Assembly: GCA_902619615.1 (NCBI GenBank)
Contig: CACNFD010000004.1
Span: 51,275 to 115,274 of the forward strand
Source: an uncultured SAR116 cluster alpha proteobacterium
Lineage (GTDB): Bacteria; Pseudomonadota; Alphaproteobacteria; Puniceispirillales; Marisalimonadaceae
Length of the DNA stretch: 64,000 nt
Direction of reading: 5' to 3'
The notes below the pieces were generated by a model that saw only the letters and a program-made list of their open reading frames with translations, made no database searches and was not told the DNA's origin. Shown piece after piece: positions 37,988 to 46,650 of the stretch; within the stretch, counting starts at the first letter, position 1; each line of letters starts with the position of its first letter. The translations under genes and the position numbers were made by a program.

Positions 37988-39379
37988 CTAAATTAGCCGC
38001 GGAAGCCATAATGCCATTTCTGGTTGATAAATAACAAATCCTAGACCAATCAATTGTATAATAACAAAGGGTACCACTCCTCTATATATGCTTAAAGTAG
38101 CAACTTCTGGAGGGGCAACCCCTTTCAAATAAAACAAGGCGAAACCAAATGGTGGTGTAAGAAATGAGGTTTGGAGATTTATAGCCATTAAAACTAAAAA
38201 CCAAACCAATGTTTCTTTACGCCCATCAAGACCAGTTAATTGGGATACATGATCTCCAAAATCTAATAGAACAACCAATGGAGCAAAAATTGGTAAAATG
38301 ATAAGAGTTATTTCAACCCAATCTAAAAAGAATCCAAGTAAAAATGTCATTCCCATTAATAAAAACAATAAACCCCAAGATCCAAGACCTGCTTTTTCTA
38401 TTAATTCCTCAACAATATAATCGCCACCAAGTGATCTGAATACATAGGCAAAACAAGTTGCACTTAAAATAATCATAAACACCATTGCAATCGTAAGACC
38501 TGAAGAGTGTAAAACACTTCTCAACATTGGGAGTGTAAACTTATTACCTATTATAGCTAGAAAAGTTGCACCAAATGCACCTACAGCTCCAGCCTCACTA
38601 GGTGTAGCCCAACCAAGTAAAATTGAACCTTTTATGAGTGTAATCAAAGCAACAGGTGGCAAAAATGCTTTTAAAACCATTTGTGGCAATCTACCTTTTT
38701 CATATTGAAGCTCACCTTCATTTACAGCAGGGGCAACATTTCTATCAATAGAACACCACACAAAAATAAATATTAAATACATTAAGGCTAGTGTTAATCC
38801 TGGAATAACTGCACCCATGAACAGATTTCCAACAGAAACTTGCATAATATCAGCCATAATAATCAACATAATACTTGGAGGAATTAAAATACCTAATGTT
38901 CCAGAGGCAGCAATTACTCCTGTTGAAAGCGCATGACTATATTTATTTCTTAACATTGTTGGTAATGCTAATGCTGTCATCATTGTAACCGACGCTCCAA
39001 TGATACCTGTCATAGCAGCTAACACAGTACCCATGACAGTCACTGACATCGCAAGACCACCGGGAACTTTTCTTAGTAAAATTTGGGTTGTTCTTAATAA
39101 ATCATTAGCAATACCACTTCTTTCCATCATAGTACCCATAAATACAAAGCTAGGTATGGCAACTAATATTAAGTTTTCAGCAGAAAATCCCCACATTCTA
39201 GGAACAAAATTAAAAAATTCTGCAATTTTAAACACTCCAAATAGATAACCAATAAATCCATAAGTTATTGCTACTCCACCAAGTATAAACCCAACAGGAT
39301 ATCCTATGAATAAAAGTATCCCCATCGTCAGAAACATAAAAATTGGCAGATATTCTATGATAATATCAACAAAATCCAT
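37988..39379 (-). CDS. TRAP transporter large permease subunit (DctM family)
   Basis: 463 aa polytopic membrane protein with typical DctM composition and length. Confidence 0.88.
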   Translation of the reverse strand: MDFVDIIIEYLPIFMFLTMGILLFIGYPVGFILGGVAITYGFIGYLFGVFKIAEFFNFVPRMWGFSAENLILVAIPSFVFMGTMMERSGIANDLLRTTQILLRKVPGGLAMSVTVMGTVLAAMTGIIGASVTMMTALALPTMLRNKYSHALSTGVIAASGTLGILIPPSIMLIIMADIMQVSVGNLFMGAVIPGLTLALMYLIFIFVWCSIDRNVAPAVNEGELQYEKGRLPQMVLKAFLPPVALITLIKGSILLGWATPSEAGAVGAFGATFLAIIGNKFTLPMLRSVLHSSGLTIAMVFMIILSATCFAYVFRSLGGDYIVEELIEKAGLGSWGLLFLLMGMTFLLGFFLDWVEITLIILPIFAPLVVLLDFGDHVSQLTGLDGRKETLVWFLVLMAINLQTSFLTPPFGFALFYLKGVAPPEVATLSIYRGVVPFVIIQLIGLGFVIYQPEMALWLPRLI

Positions 39380-39387
39380 AACTACAC

Positions 39388-39864
39388 CTATGCTTTCTCA
39401 TTTTTAATATTATAATTTTCAAATTCTCCAGTATATCTCTGCCAAGCAACTATCCTTGAAATTCTCCATCCATATTTAAGTGAGAGAAGAAACAAACAAA
39501 CAAAAATAGTCATTGTTAATAAAGAAGAATTTTTTGCAAGAGCATCATAGAAACATAACCCTACTATCACTGATGGAGCTAAAGCAATTATGTAAGATGA
39601 AATTAATTCATATTTACGTATAACGCTAAATATCGAATAGATTACTGAAACTGAAGCAAATAACCAAAAATAGTAAATCAAATTATTACTTTCTAAAATT
39701 GATAGAATAGCAGCCAGTCCAATTATTCCATAAATCGTTCCAACAAAAACACCATAAGCAGCCAATTCATATTGTGATTGGGCTAAAGTTAAGTTCTTAG
39801 CCTCAATTAAATAAGGAGTTTTTTGTTTATCAAATATATAACCAGGAACTTTTGAAAACCACAT
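39388..39864 (-). CDS. four-TM membrane protein of unknown function encoded inside the TRAP operon
   Basis: 158 aa with four hydrophobic segments. It lies 8 nt upstream of dctM and 39 nt downstream of dctQ. No family recognised. Confidence 0.5.
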   Translation of the reverse strand: MWFSKVPGYIFDKQKTPYLIEAKNLTLAQSQYELAAYGVFVGTIYGIIGLAAILSILESNNLIYYFWLFASVSVIYSIFSVIRKYELISSYIIALAPSVIVGLCFYDALAKNSSLLTMTIFVCLFLLSLKYGWRISRIVAWQRYTGEFENYNIKNEKA

Positions 39865-39903
39865 TGCTTATCTCATAGATATTTTAACAGAGGAATTTTG
39901 ATC

Positions 39904-40515
39904 TTATTTAGTTTTATCATAATCAAGTACCATAAGATCAAGTTTCTTTTTATTATCGCCCCATATAACTGCAATTAATTGTATCATAACTGACAAACCG
40001 CCAAGAAAAAGGAAGAAATATCCAATAGGCAGAAATGTTTTAATAATCCATCTGTTACTTAAACCAACTAGCGAGGCGGATACCTCATTAATCACATAAG
40101 AATCTACCATGTAAATCCAAGAAAAATAAACACATATAAGTGTAAATGGAAGCATGAAGAAAATATTACCATAAAATTCAACTTTTGCCTTAGATCGAAA
40201 GTTAAAGTTTTCTCTAAGAAAATCGACTCTTACATGCCTGTTATGAGTGTAACCATAACCTAAAACCAGACAAAAAACGACTGTGTGAAGGTGCCATTCC
40301 ATTTCTTGCATTAATGTTGATTCAAAAAATGAACCAAAATTTTGGACCATAAATATTTGTATCCAAACTAATTTTCTAGCAACAACATCCCACATTGTTA
40401 TTATAACTAGGGGAACTAAAAGCCAAGTACTGGCTCTACCAACTCTATTTACAAGTTCACGAAGCTTTTCACTTAATGAAATGAGACCTTCCATGTTTTG
40501 TTCTGTAAGTGCCAT
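39904..40515 (-). CDS. TRAP transporter small permease subunit (DctQ family)
   Basis: 203 aa with 4 TM helices, located between dctP and dctM. Confidence 0.8.
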   Translation of the reverse strand: MALTEQNMEGLISLSEKLRELVNRVGRASTWLLVPLVIITMWDVVARKLVWIQIFMVQNFGSFFESTLMQEMEWHLHTVVFCLVLGYGYTHNRHVRVDFLRENFNFRSKAKVEFYGNIFFMLPFTLICVYFSWIYMVDSYVINEVSASLVGLSNRWIIKTFLPIGYFFLFLGGLSVMIQLIAVIWGDNKKKLDLMVLDYDKTK

Positions 40516-40589
40516 TATTCTCCCCCAGAATACCTAATCTCTATTAAATTTAATTAGCTTATTAAATACAAAATTTCAATTTATTTATC

Positions 40590-40630
40590 AAAAAAAAAGT
40601 ACACTTGTTAGATAAAATAACAAGTGCACT
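40590..40630 (-). terminator. rho-independent terminator/attenuator after dctP
   Basis: The minus-strand RNA AGUGCACUUGUUA-UUUUAUC-UAACAAGUGUACU forms a 13-bp stem followed by U9. The one non-Watson-Crick position is G.U on the minus strand but A.C on the plus strand, which supports minus-strand function. Confidence 0.65.
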
Positions 40631-40647
40631 TATATGTTTATAAAGAA

Positions 40648-41706
40648 TTAGTACTTTTTAGCTTTTAGATAAGCTCTTGAAGACCAAATACTGTAGTCCT
40701 CTCTAAACTTGTTATAGCTTGCAGTAATTTCTTTGAAAAGAGGGTCAGAAGCTGACTTCTCCTCAACAACAGCATCCCAAGCTTTCTTAAACTTGGAGAT
40801 TTCTGAGTCAGGCCATGTTACGAATGTAACACCTTTTTTCTCGAGTTCTGCCATAGCAGGAACTTGCTTAGCATCGGATCTAACTAATGCCCACCACATT
40901 GTGTCACGACATGCTGTATTGATAACAGCTTGTTGTGTCTTAGTTAAACCACCCCATCCTTTGGTGCTCATCAATAGCTCACCAATTGATGTTTGCTGGT
41001 GCCAACCTGGGAAATAGTTAAATTTAGCTAACTGATAGAAACCATAACTTAAGTCGTGTGTAGGCATAGAAAATTCTGTTGCATCAATAACACCTTTTTC
41101 TAGAGCTGGGTAAATATCTCCACCAGCAAGTAACTGTGTTGACACACCTAATTTACTCATAACCATAGCACCAAGACCGAAGAAACGCATTTTCATGCCT
41201 TTCAACTCTTCAACATTGTTGATTTTCTTTCTAAACCAACCTGATGTCTCAGGAGCGTGAGTTAAACAGTTAAGAGCTTTAAGGCCATACTCACCATAAA
41301 TTCTGTCTTTTAACTGCTGACCTCCGCCATATTCCATCCAACCATGGTACTCACTAGCACCTGGACCAAAAGGAACAGCTGTGAAGTAAGAAACTGCAGG
41401 GATTTTACCAGCATGGTAACCTGGTGTTGTATAACCTGCATCAACTGATCCATTCTTAACAGCATCCCAAACTTCTAATGAAGGTACAAGAGCGTTTGGC
41501 TCGTGAAATCTCAACTGGACGTCGCCACCTGAAATTGACTTAACTTTGTTAGAAAAATAAACAGCAGCTTCACCATTAATAGCAACTTGGCTACCCCAAG
41601 TACTTTGCATTTTCCAACGTAGCTTATCAGCATTTGCTGAAACAGCTACTAAACTGGTTGCAGCTAAAGCTACAGCGCCTACGAATAGGCCAGATTTGAA
41701 TTTCAT
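40648..41706 (-). CDS. TRAP transporter solute-binding protein (DctP family, mannitol/chloroaromatic COG4663-like subgroup)
   Basis: GGGAGGA SD precedes ATG 41706. Signal peptide MKFKSGLFVGAVALAATSLVAVSANA, then HAGKIPAVSYFTAVPFG and WFRKKIN. Confidence 0.85.
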   Translation of the reverse strand: MKFKSGLFVGAVALAATSLVAVSANADKLRWKMQSTWGSQVAINGEAAVYFSNKVKSISGGDVQLRFHEPNALVPSLEVWDAVKNGSVDAGYTTPGYHAGKIPAVSYFTAVPFGPGASEYHGWMEYGGGQQLKDRIYGEYGLKALNCLTHAPETSGWFRKKINNVEELKGMKMRFFGLGAMVMSKLGVSTQLLAGGDIYPALEKGVIDATEFSMPTHDLSYGFYQLAKFNYFPGWHQQTSIGELLMSTKGWGGLTKTQQAVINTACRDTMWWALVRSDAKQVPAMAELEKKGVTFVTWPDSEISKFKKAWDAVVEEKSASDPLFKEITASYNKFREDYSIWSSRAYLKAKKY

Positions 41707-41761
41707 GAAATTCCTCCCTAGTATTATAAAAAAGGCTATTACCAAGAAATTTTAGAATTAC

Positions 41762-41797
41762 TTTATAATTGCCCGATTAAAAGAAACAATTGTTTCT
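41762..41797 (-). promoter_or_regulatory. candidate dctP promoter with overlapping palindromic operator
   Basis: Perfect 16-bp palindrome AGAAACAATTGTTTCT at 41782..41797. On the minus strand its right half supplies a TTGTTT -35-like hexamer, 16 nt upstream of TATAAA (41767..41762). Confidence 0.3.
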
Positions 41798-42076
41798 CAA
41801 CTGATACATATCTTTCTTAATTATTTCAATAAAGGCAAGTAAAAACTTATAAAATTTCAAATATTTTTTTTCTTGACTTGCATTTTTTTTATTTTGCCTA
41901 TTTTATAATCTATGATTTTTAAATTATTAAATTCGCTTAATTTTTGAACGCATTATTTACTATCAAACAGTAAAAGTCATCAAAACAAATTTGAAGCGGA
42001 ACATCCCTAAAAACATACGTAAATCAAAGAGATTTACTCTATAAATTTGAATTCTTGAAAAATTCGGTTAAACGAA

Positions 42077-42886
42077 TTAATCGTCAAAGTGTCCTGATGA
42101 TGCAAAATAACCACCGTGAGTAGTTACTAGTGGATCAGTCGAATCAATAAACCCATCTTTTTTTTCAATTATACTTCTAAATTTTTCCGCGTTATCTTTT
42201 GGGTTATAACCTATATGTTTGGCATATTTGTTATCGATTAACACCGAATCATTATTTGATACTCCAAAAATTACAGAGTGTTGTACATTAGTACTATTTA
42301 TACACGCAATAATAATACTCTTCAAATCATCATAACTTAACCATGTTGAGAGCATTCTATGATCTTTAGGCTCAGGAACACACGAGTAAATTCTTACTGA
42401 TACAGTTTCTAGTTTATATTTGTCCCAATAATACTGAGCTAAGGACTCTCCAAAAACCTTTGACAAACCATAATTGCTATCTGGTCTAGGCATTGCTTTA
42501 CTATCTATAACTTCAGATCTTGGATAAAAACCAACTGTATGAACTGAACTTGCCCAAATAACTCTTTTAATTTTATTTTTTCTGCATGCTTCATATAGAT
42601 TATACATGCCTATAATGTTTGAATTTAAAACATTATCCCAAGAACCTTCTATACTTTGACCACCCATATGAACTATGCAGTCTATATCTTTTGTTAATTT
42701 TAATATTGATTCTTTTGAAGCAAGATCAGCAATTTCAACTTCCTCGTTATGAAATTTTTTTTCTAAATCCACCTTGTCAGAAATTTTAAGCAAATCACAT
42801 TCTTTAGATAATGTTTCCCTTAATTGATTGCCTAAGGCTCCAGCAGCTCCAGTTAGTAAAATATTATTAAATTTATGTTTAGACAT
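42077..42886 (-). CDS. uronate dehydrogenase-like NAD-dependent dehydrogenase (extended SDR)
   Basis: 269 aa with LLTGAAGALG and YGLSK. RIYSCVPEPKDHRMLSTWLSYDD closely matches my recollection of the Agrobacterium/Pseudomonas Udh motif RIGSCxPEPxxxRMLSTWxSxDD. Confidence 0.7.
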   Translation of the reverse strand: MSKHKFNNILLTGAAGALGNQLRETLSKECDLLKISDKVDLEKKFHNEEVEIADLASKESILKLTKDIDCIVHMGGQSIEGSWDNVLNSNIIGMYNLYEACRKNKIKRVIWASSVHTVGFYPRSEVIDSKAMPRPDSNYGLSKVFGESLAQYYWDKYKLETVSVRIYSCVPEPKDHRMLSTWLSYDDLKSIIIACINSTNVQHSVIFGVSNNDSVLIDNKYAKHIGYNPKDNAEKFRSIIEKKDGFIDSTDPLVTTHGGYFASSGHFDD

Positions 42887-42896
42887 TTCTAACTCC

Positions 42897-43778
42897 CTAT
42901 CTTTTTTGACTTTTTATATATTCTCTCCAAAAAGTGAATAAACCTGCTATAATTACTATTGCGGAACCTATAATTGTTTCATTTTCTAATTTTTCATTAA
43001 AAACTAACACACCTATAATTGAAACAAAAACCAATTGTAGAAATGTAAATGGCTGTAGTATAGAAGCCTCACTGTATTTGAAAGCATTAATCATAAGAAA
43101 ATGTCCACTAGCACCCAAAATACAAATTGCTAATAAAGACAACCAATGAGAATTCTCAATTGAGGTGTAAAAAAAAGGACCAATTGCGCCTAATATGACA
43201 AAACCAGTAATTCCAGTATAAAAAAGACTTGTATCAGGACTATCTTCACTTGATACATATCTGGTAAGAATCTGATAAACAGCAAATGCAAACGCACAAC
43301 CTAGAGCTATTAGAGATAATGGATCAAAAACTTTTGATCCAGGTCTAAGCATGATGAGAATACCTATAAAACCAACTAAAATTGCAGACCACCTTCTCCA
43401 ACCAACTTTTTCTTTTAAAATAAATACTGAAAGAGCTGCTACCATTAATGGACAGCTGGCAAAAATTGCATGTGTTTCTATAAGTCCAATTTTTAAAAAA
43501 AGATAGTGAGCAAAACACATCTCTACAGCAAGAATAATACCTCTTAAAATTTGGATGAATTTAAACTTACTTTTTGAAACAAGAATAACACTTTTGTTTC
43601 CTGTACTGTTAATCGATATTACAAATAGAAATAAGAAGAGATATCGAAACATATTAATAGCTATTACATTATAATAATCTGTTAGGTATCTTGTAACCCC
43701 ATCCATTACAGACAAACATGATACAGCAGCAATTATAAACAATATGCCCTTTGCATTTGAAGAAATATTTAGAGGCAT
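42897..43778 (-). CDS. EamA/DMT superfamily transporter
   Basis: 293 aa, 10 TM, two EamA-like halves. Confidence 0.8.
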   Translation of the reverse strand: MPLNISSNAKGILFIIAAVSCLSVMDGVTRYLTDYYNVIAINMFRYLFLFLFVISINSTGNKSVILVSKSKFKFIQILRGIILAVEMCFAHYLFLKIGLIETHAIFASCPLMVAALSVFILKEKVGWRRWSAILVGFIGILIMLRPGSKVFDPLSLIALGCAFAFAVYQILTRYVSSEDSPDTSLFYTGITGFVILGAIGPFFYTSIENSHWLSLLAICILGASGHFLMINAFKYSEASILQPFTFLQLVFVSIIGVLVFNEKLENETIIGSAIVIIAGLFTFWREYIKSQKR

Positions 43779-43801
43779 AATTTATTTTTTCTTTCTAGGG
43801 T

Positions 43802-44686
43802 TCAATAAAAATCGATTGTCCTTTTAATCCCATATTCAAGAGAAGTATACTTAAATTTTTTAAATATATTAGAAGGCTCATTTCCTCGTATTTCATCTAC
43901 TACACTTAATGGATTGCCATTGATTCCTATATCCGCCAGCGGTATGTTTTTTTTAATTAAATTTATAAAATCACTAACATCAGCTGTTATTCCGTTTAAA
44001 TTAAAAGTTAATGCACCTGAAGGAAGATGAGCTATTGACATTTCAACTAAATTTGCAACATCTTCAACATAAACAAAACCTGCCTTGCCTGAAAAGTTTA
44101 CAGTATAACTATCTCCTTGTTTTGCCGCCTTACAGGCTAAGGTTACCCCTGCAGTTCCCCCAACTTCTCTTCCTGGCCCATAAATTACATATGGCCTAAT
44201 TCCAACACTTGAAATAACAGCTTCATTAAAATACGCCCTTGCAACCCCTTCAACGGCTAACTTATATGCACCATAATGGGTTTCTGGTAATGGGTAATAA
44301 TGATCTTTTTTCCCAAAAACACCTGCACTGCTTGCATAAACTAAAAACTTAATGTTATTTTTTTTCAAAGCTTCAAAAACATTAATTGAGCCGAGGAGAT
44401 TTACTTTAGCGCCTAAAATAGGATTTGAACTACAGTCTGGGGTCATCAAACCAGCCAAATTTATAACATGGTCCATATTATTTATTGCTTCTTGGACCTG
44501 ATCATAATTTGTTATATCACCATTAATAAATTTAATTTTTTTAATATCCTCACTAATAACATAGCTGAGCAATTCTTTATGGATTTTTAAGTCAAAAATT
44601 GAAACGTTATAACCTTTTTTCAAAAAGGCTCTTACTATCCAGCTTCCTAAAAAGCCGCAACCTCCAAAAATTATAATTTTTTTCAT
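43802..44686 (-). CDS. NAD-dependent epimerase/dehydratase family protein
   Basis: IIIFGGCGFLGSWI Rossmann motif and catalytic YGAYK. Confidence 0.8.
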   Translation of the reverse strand: MKKIIIFGGCGFLGSWIVRAFLKKGYNVSIFDLKIHKELLSYVISEDIKKIKFINGDITNYDQVQEAINNMDHVINLAGLMTPDCSSNPILGAKVNLLGSINVFEALKKNNIKFLVYASSAGVFGKKDHYYPLPETHYGAYKLAVEGVARAYFNEAVISSVGIRPYVIYGPGREVGGTAGVTLACKAAKQGDSYTVNFSGKAGFVYVEDVANLVEMSIAHLPSGALTFNLNGITADVSDFINLIKKNIPLADIGINGNPLSVVDEIRGNEPSNIFKKFKYTSLEYGIKRTIDFY

Positions 44687-45661
44687 TTAACTTCTCTTTT
44701 TCAATACCATTGATTTAGCAGCTTTTCCTATTTCTTTTATACATTTAGCAGCTTTAGGAAAATGTAAAGAATTCGACAAAAAACCATGGATCTGACCGGG
44801 ATATAATTTATAAGTCACTTTATTACCAAAGCTTTTTAATCTATTTGTATAAGCCATTCCTTCATCCAGCAAAGGATCCAACCCAGCCGCAAATATAAAT
44901 GTTTCAGGGAGATTATATAGATCCACGGCAAAAAGTGGTGATGCCTCCCAGTTAACTGCATCATTACTTGAATTAAGATAATGTTTAACGAAATATTCCA
45001 TAGTATCAAAAGTTAAAGTCATACCTTCTAGAAAAATGTCCATGGATCTCATTGTTAGCGTTAGATCAACACAAGGATATACCAATATCTGACCTCTTAT
45101 CGGAATTACCTTTTTATCCCTTGAGTTAATAGCCAAAACAGTTGCTAAATTACCGCCAGCGCTATCCCCACATACAAAAATATTTTCAAGATCAATAAAA
45201 AATTCATTTTCAAAATTTACAAGGCTATTTAAAACATCCTTTACCTCTTCTACTGCATAAGGGAACTTATGTTCTGGGGACAAACTATAATCCACCGCCA
45301 CAACAATCATTTGAGACTCTAAGCAAATTGATCTGCAGGTAAAGTCATGAGTATCCAAATCCCCCATGACGAAACCACCTCCATGAAAAAATACTATAAT
45401 TGGAATTTTAGTTTTTTTATTAAAATAATTTGGAAAATAAAATCTTAATTTAACATCTTTGTTAAATCGGTTTTTTATTTTTAAATTTTCTGAATGATAA
45501 ATTTTTGGAGGTGTTAAATTATCTTCCCTTAACTGTCTCAAACGTTCAGTTCTTAATTCTACTGGATTTAATAAGTGATGTAATTTTGAATTACTTTTAA
45601 TACGATTTTTTAAAAAAATATCAGTTTCTTTATCAATTATCATTGATTTATGCATTCCCAT
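44687..45661 (-). CDS. alpha/beta hydrolase fold-3 (hormone-sensitive-lipase family) esterase
   Basis: HGGGF oxyanion motif, GDSAGG nucleophile elbow, and a C-terminal GQIHGF. Confidence 0.85.
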   Translation of the reverse strand: MGMHKSMIIDKETDIFLKNRIKSNSKLHHLLNPVELRTERLRQLREDNLTPPKIYHSENLKIKNRFNKDVKLRFYFPNYFNKKTKIPIIVFFHGGGFVMGDLDTHDFTCRSICLESQMIVVAVDYSLSPEHKFPYAVEEVKDVLNSLVNFENEFFIDLENIFVCGDSAGGNLATVLAINSRDKKVIPIRGQILVYPCVDLTLTMRSMDIFLEGMTLTFDTMEYFVKHYLNSSNDAVNWEASPLFAVDLYNLPETFIFAAGLDPLLDEGMAYTNRLKSFGNKVTYKLYPGQIHGFLSNSLHFPKAAKCIKEIGKAAKSMVLKKRS

Positions 45662-45749
45662 ACTGATTCATTTTGTTCTTTTAGCTTTATATTTTTAATA
45701 AAGTTTATTTATAATAAAAAATCTAGTGAATTTTTTTAAGGAGATAACC

Positions 45750-46634
45750 ATGACTACATTAAAAGGAATTATTGCACCTTTTACAACTCCATTTAAGGCA
45801 AATGGAGAAATTGATCTTACTTTAATAAAGCCACAAGTAGATTGGTTAATTGAAAATGGTGTTCATGGTTTAGCTGCTGGAGGTAGCACAGGTGAAGGTC
45901 ATGCTTTAAGCAGAGATGAGTATTTATCCCTAATGACAGAAACTGCTTCATCTTTAAATAGCAGGGTACCTTTAGTTGCTGGTATTATTGCTAATTCAAC
46001 ATCTGAAGTAATTGAAAGAGGTAAGTCAGTAAAGTCTCTTAACGTTGAAGCTCTTCAAATAACACCACCAAGTTATTTATTTAGGCCTGACGATGATGCA
46101 ATGGTAAGACATTTTAGTGAGATACATGAAGAATGCCAGATACCAATATTAATTTATAATGTTGTACCTTGGTGCTATTTATCACCTGATTTACTATTAA
46201 GAATTATGGATGAAGTTCCAGGAGTTTTAGGAGTAAAACAAAGCGCTGGTGATATGAAACTTTTTGCTGACCTCATTAGAAGAGCAAAGTCTAAAAATAT
46301 GATTTTTAGTGCTGTTGATGCTCTTCTTTACTTATCATACAAATTGGGAGCACCGGGATCAATTGCAGCAATTTTAACTGCCGCCCCAGGTCCTTCTGTC
46401 AAATTATGGGATGCTGTTATTGAACAAGATTGGGAAACTGCAAAGGATCTTCATGAAAAACTAATGCCTTTATGGGATGCAATTGGCTTAGATAATATGC
46501 CATCTCTCTGTAAATATGCTCAAAGTTTACAAGGTCTTAAAAGTGGTTTTGCCAGAAGACCAACTTCTCCTGCAACCGATAATCAGAAAGAAAAAGTGAG
46601 GGAAGCCCTAATTAATCTAAACCTTATAAAATAA
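45750..46634 (+). CDS. dihydrodipicolinate synthase/N-acetylneuraminate lyase family class I aldolase/dehydratase
   Basis: AGGAG precedes ATG 45750. GGSTGEG, IYNVVPW and the Schiff-base region LGVKQSAGD are present. Confidence 0.8.
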   Translation: MTTLKGIIAPFTTPFKANGEIDLTLIKPQVDWLIENGVHGLAAGGSTGEGHALSRDEYLSLMTETASSLNSRVPLVAGIIANSTSEVIERGKSVKSLNVEALQITPPSYLFRPDDDAMVRHFSEIHEECQIPILIYNVVPWCYLSPDLLLRIMDEVPGVLGVKQSAGDMKLFADLIRRAKSKNMIFSAVDALLYLSYKLGAPGSIAAILTAAPGPSVKLWDAVIEQDWETAKDLHEKLMPLWDAIGLDNMPSLCKYAQSLQGLKSGFARRPTSPATDNQKEKVREALINLNLIK

Positions 46635-46650
46635 GATTAAGAGGATCAAA

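Noticed and set aside
41873-41909. Plus-strand TTGACT ... TATAAT pair that looks like a sigma-70 promoter.
   Set aside because: The spacing is 25 nt, and the alternative TTGCCT is only 4 nt from the -10 box. It also points into the 3' end of a convergent gene. In DNA this AT-rich, such hexamers occur by chance.
42058-42078. Weak hairpin AATTCG-GTTAAA-CGAATT overlapping the stop codon of the udh-like gene, considered as its terminator.
   Set aside because: It has only a 6-bp AT-rich stem. The alternative hairpin at 42019..42037 is about as good, so I cannot choose between them from sequence alone.
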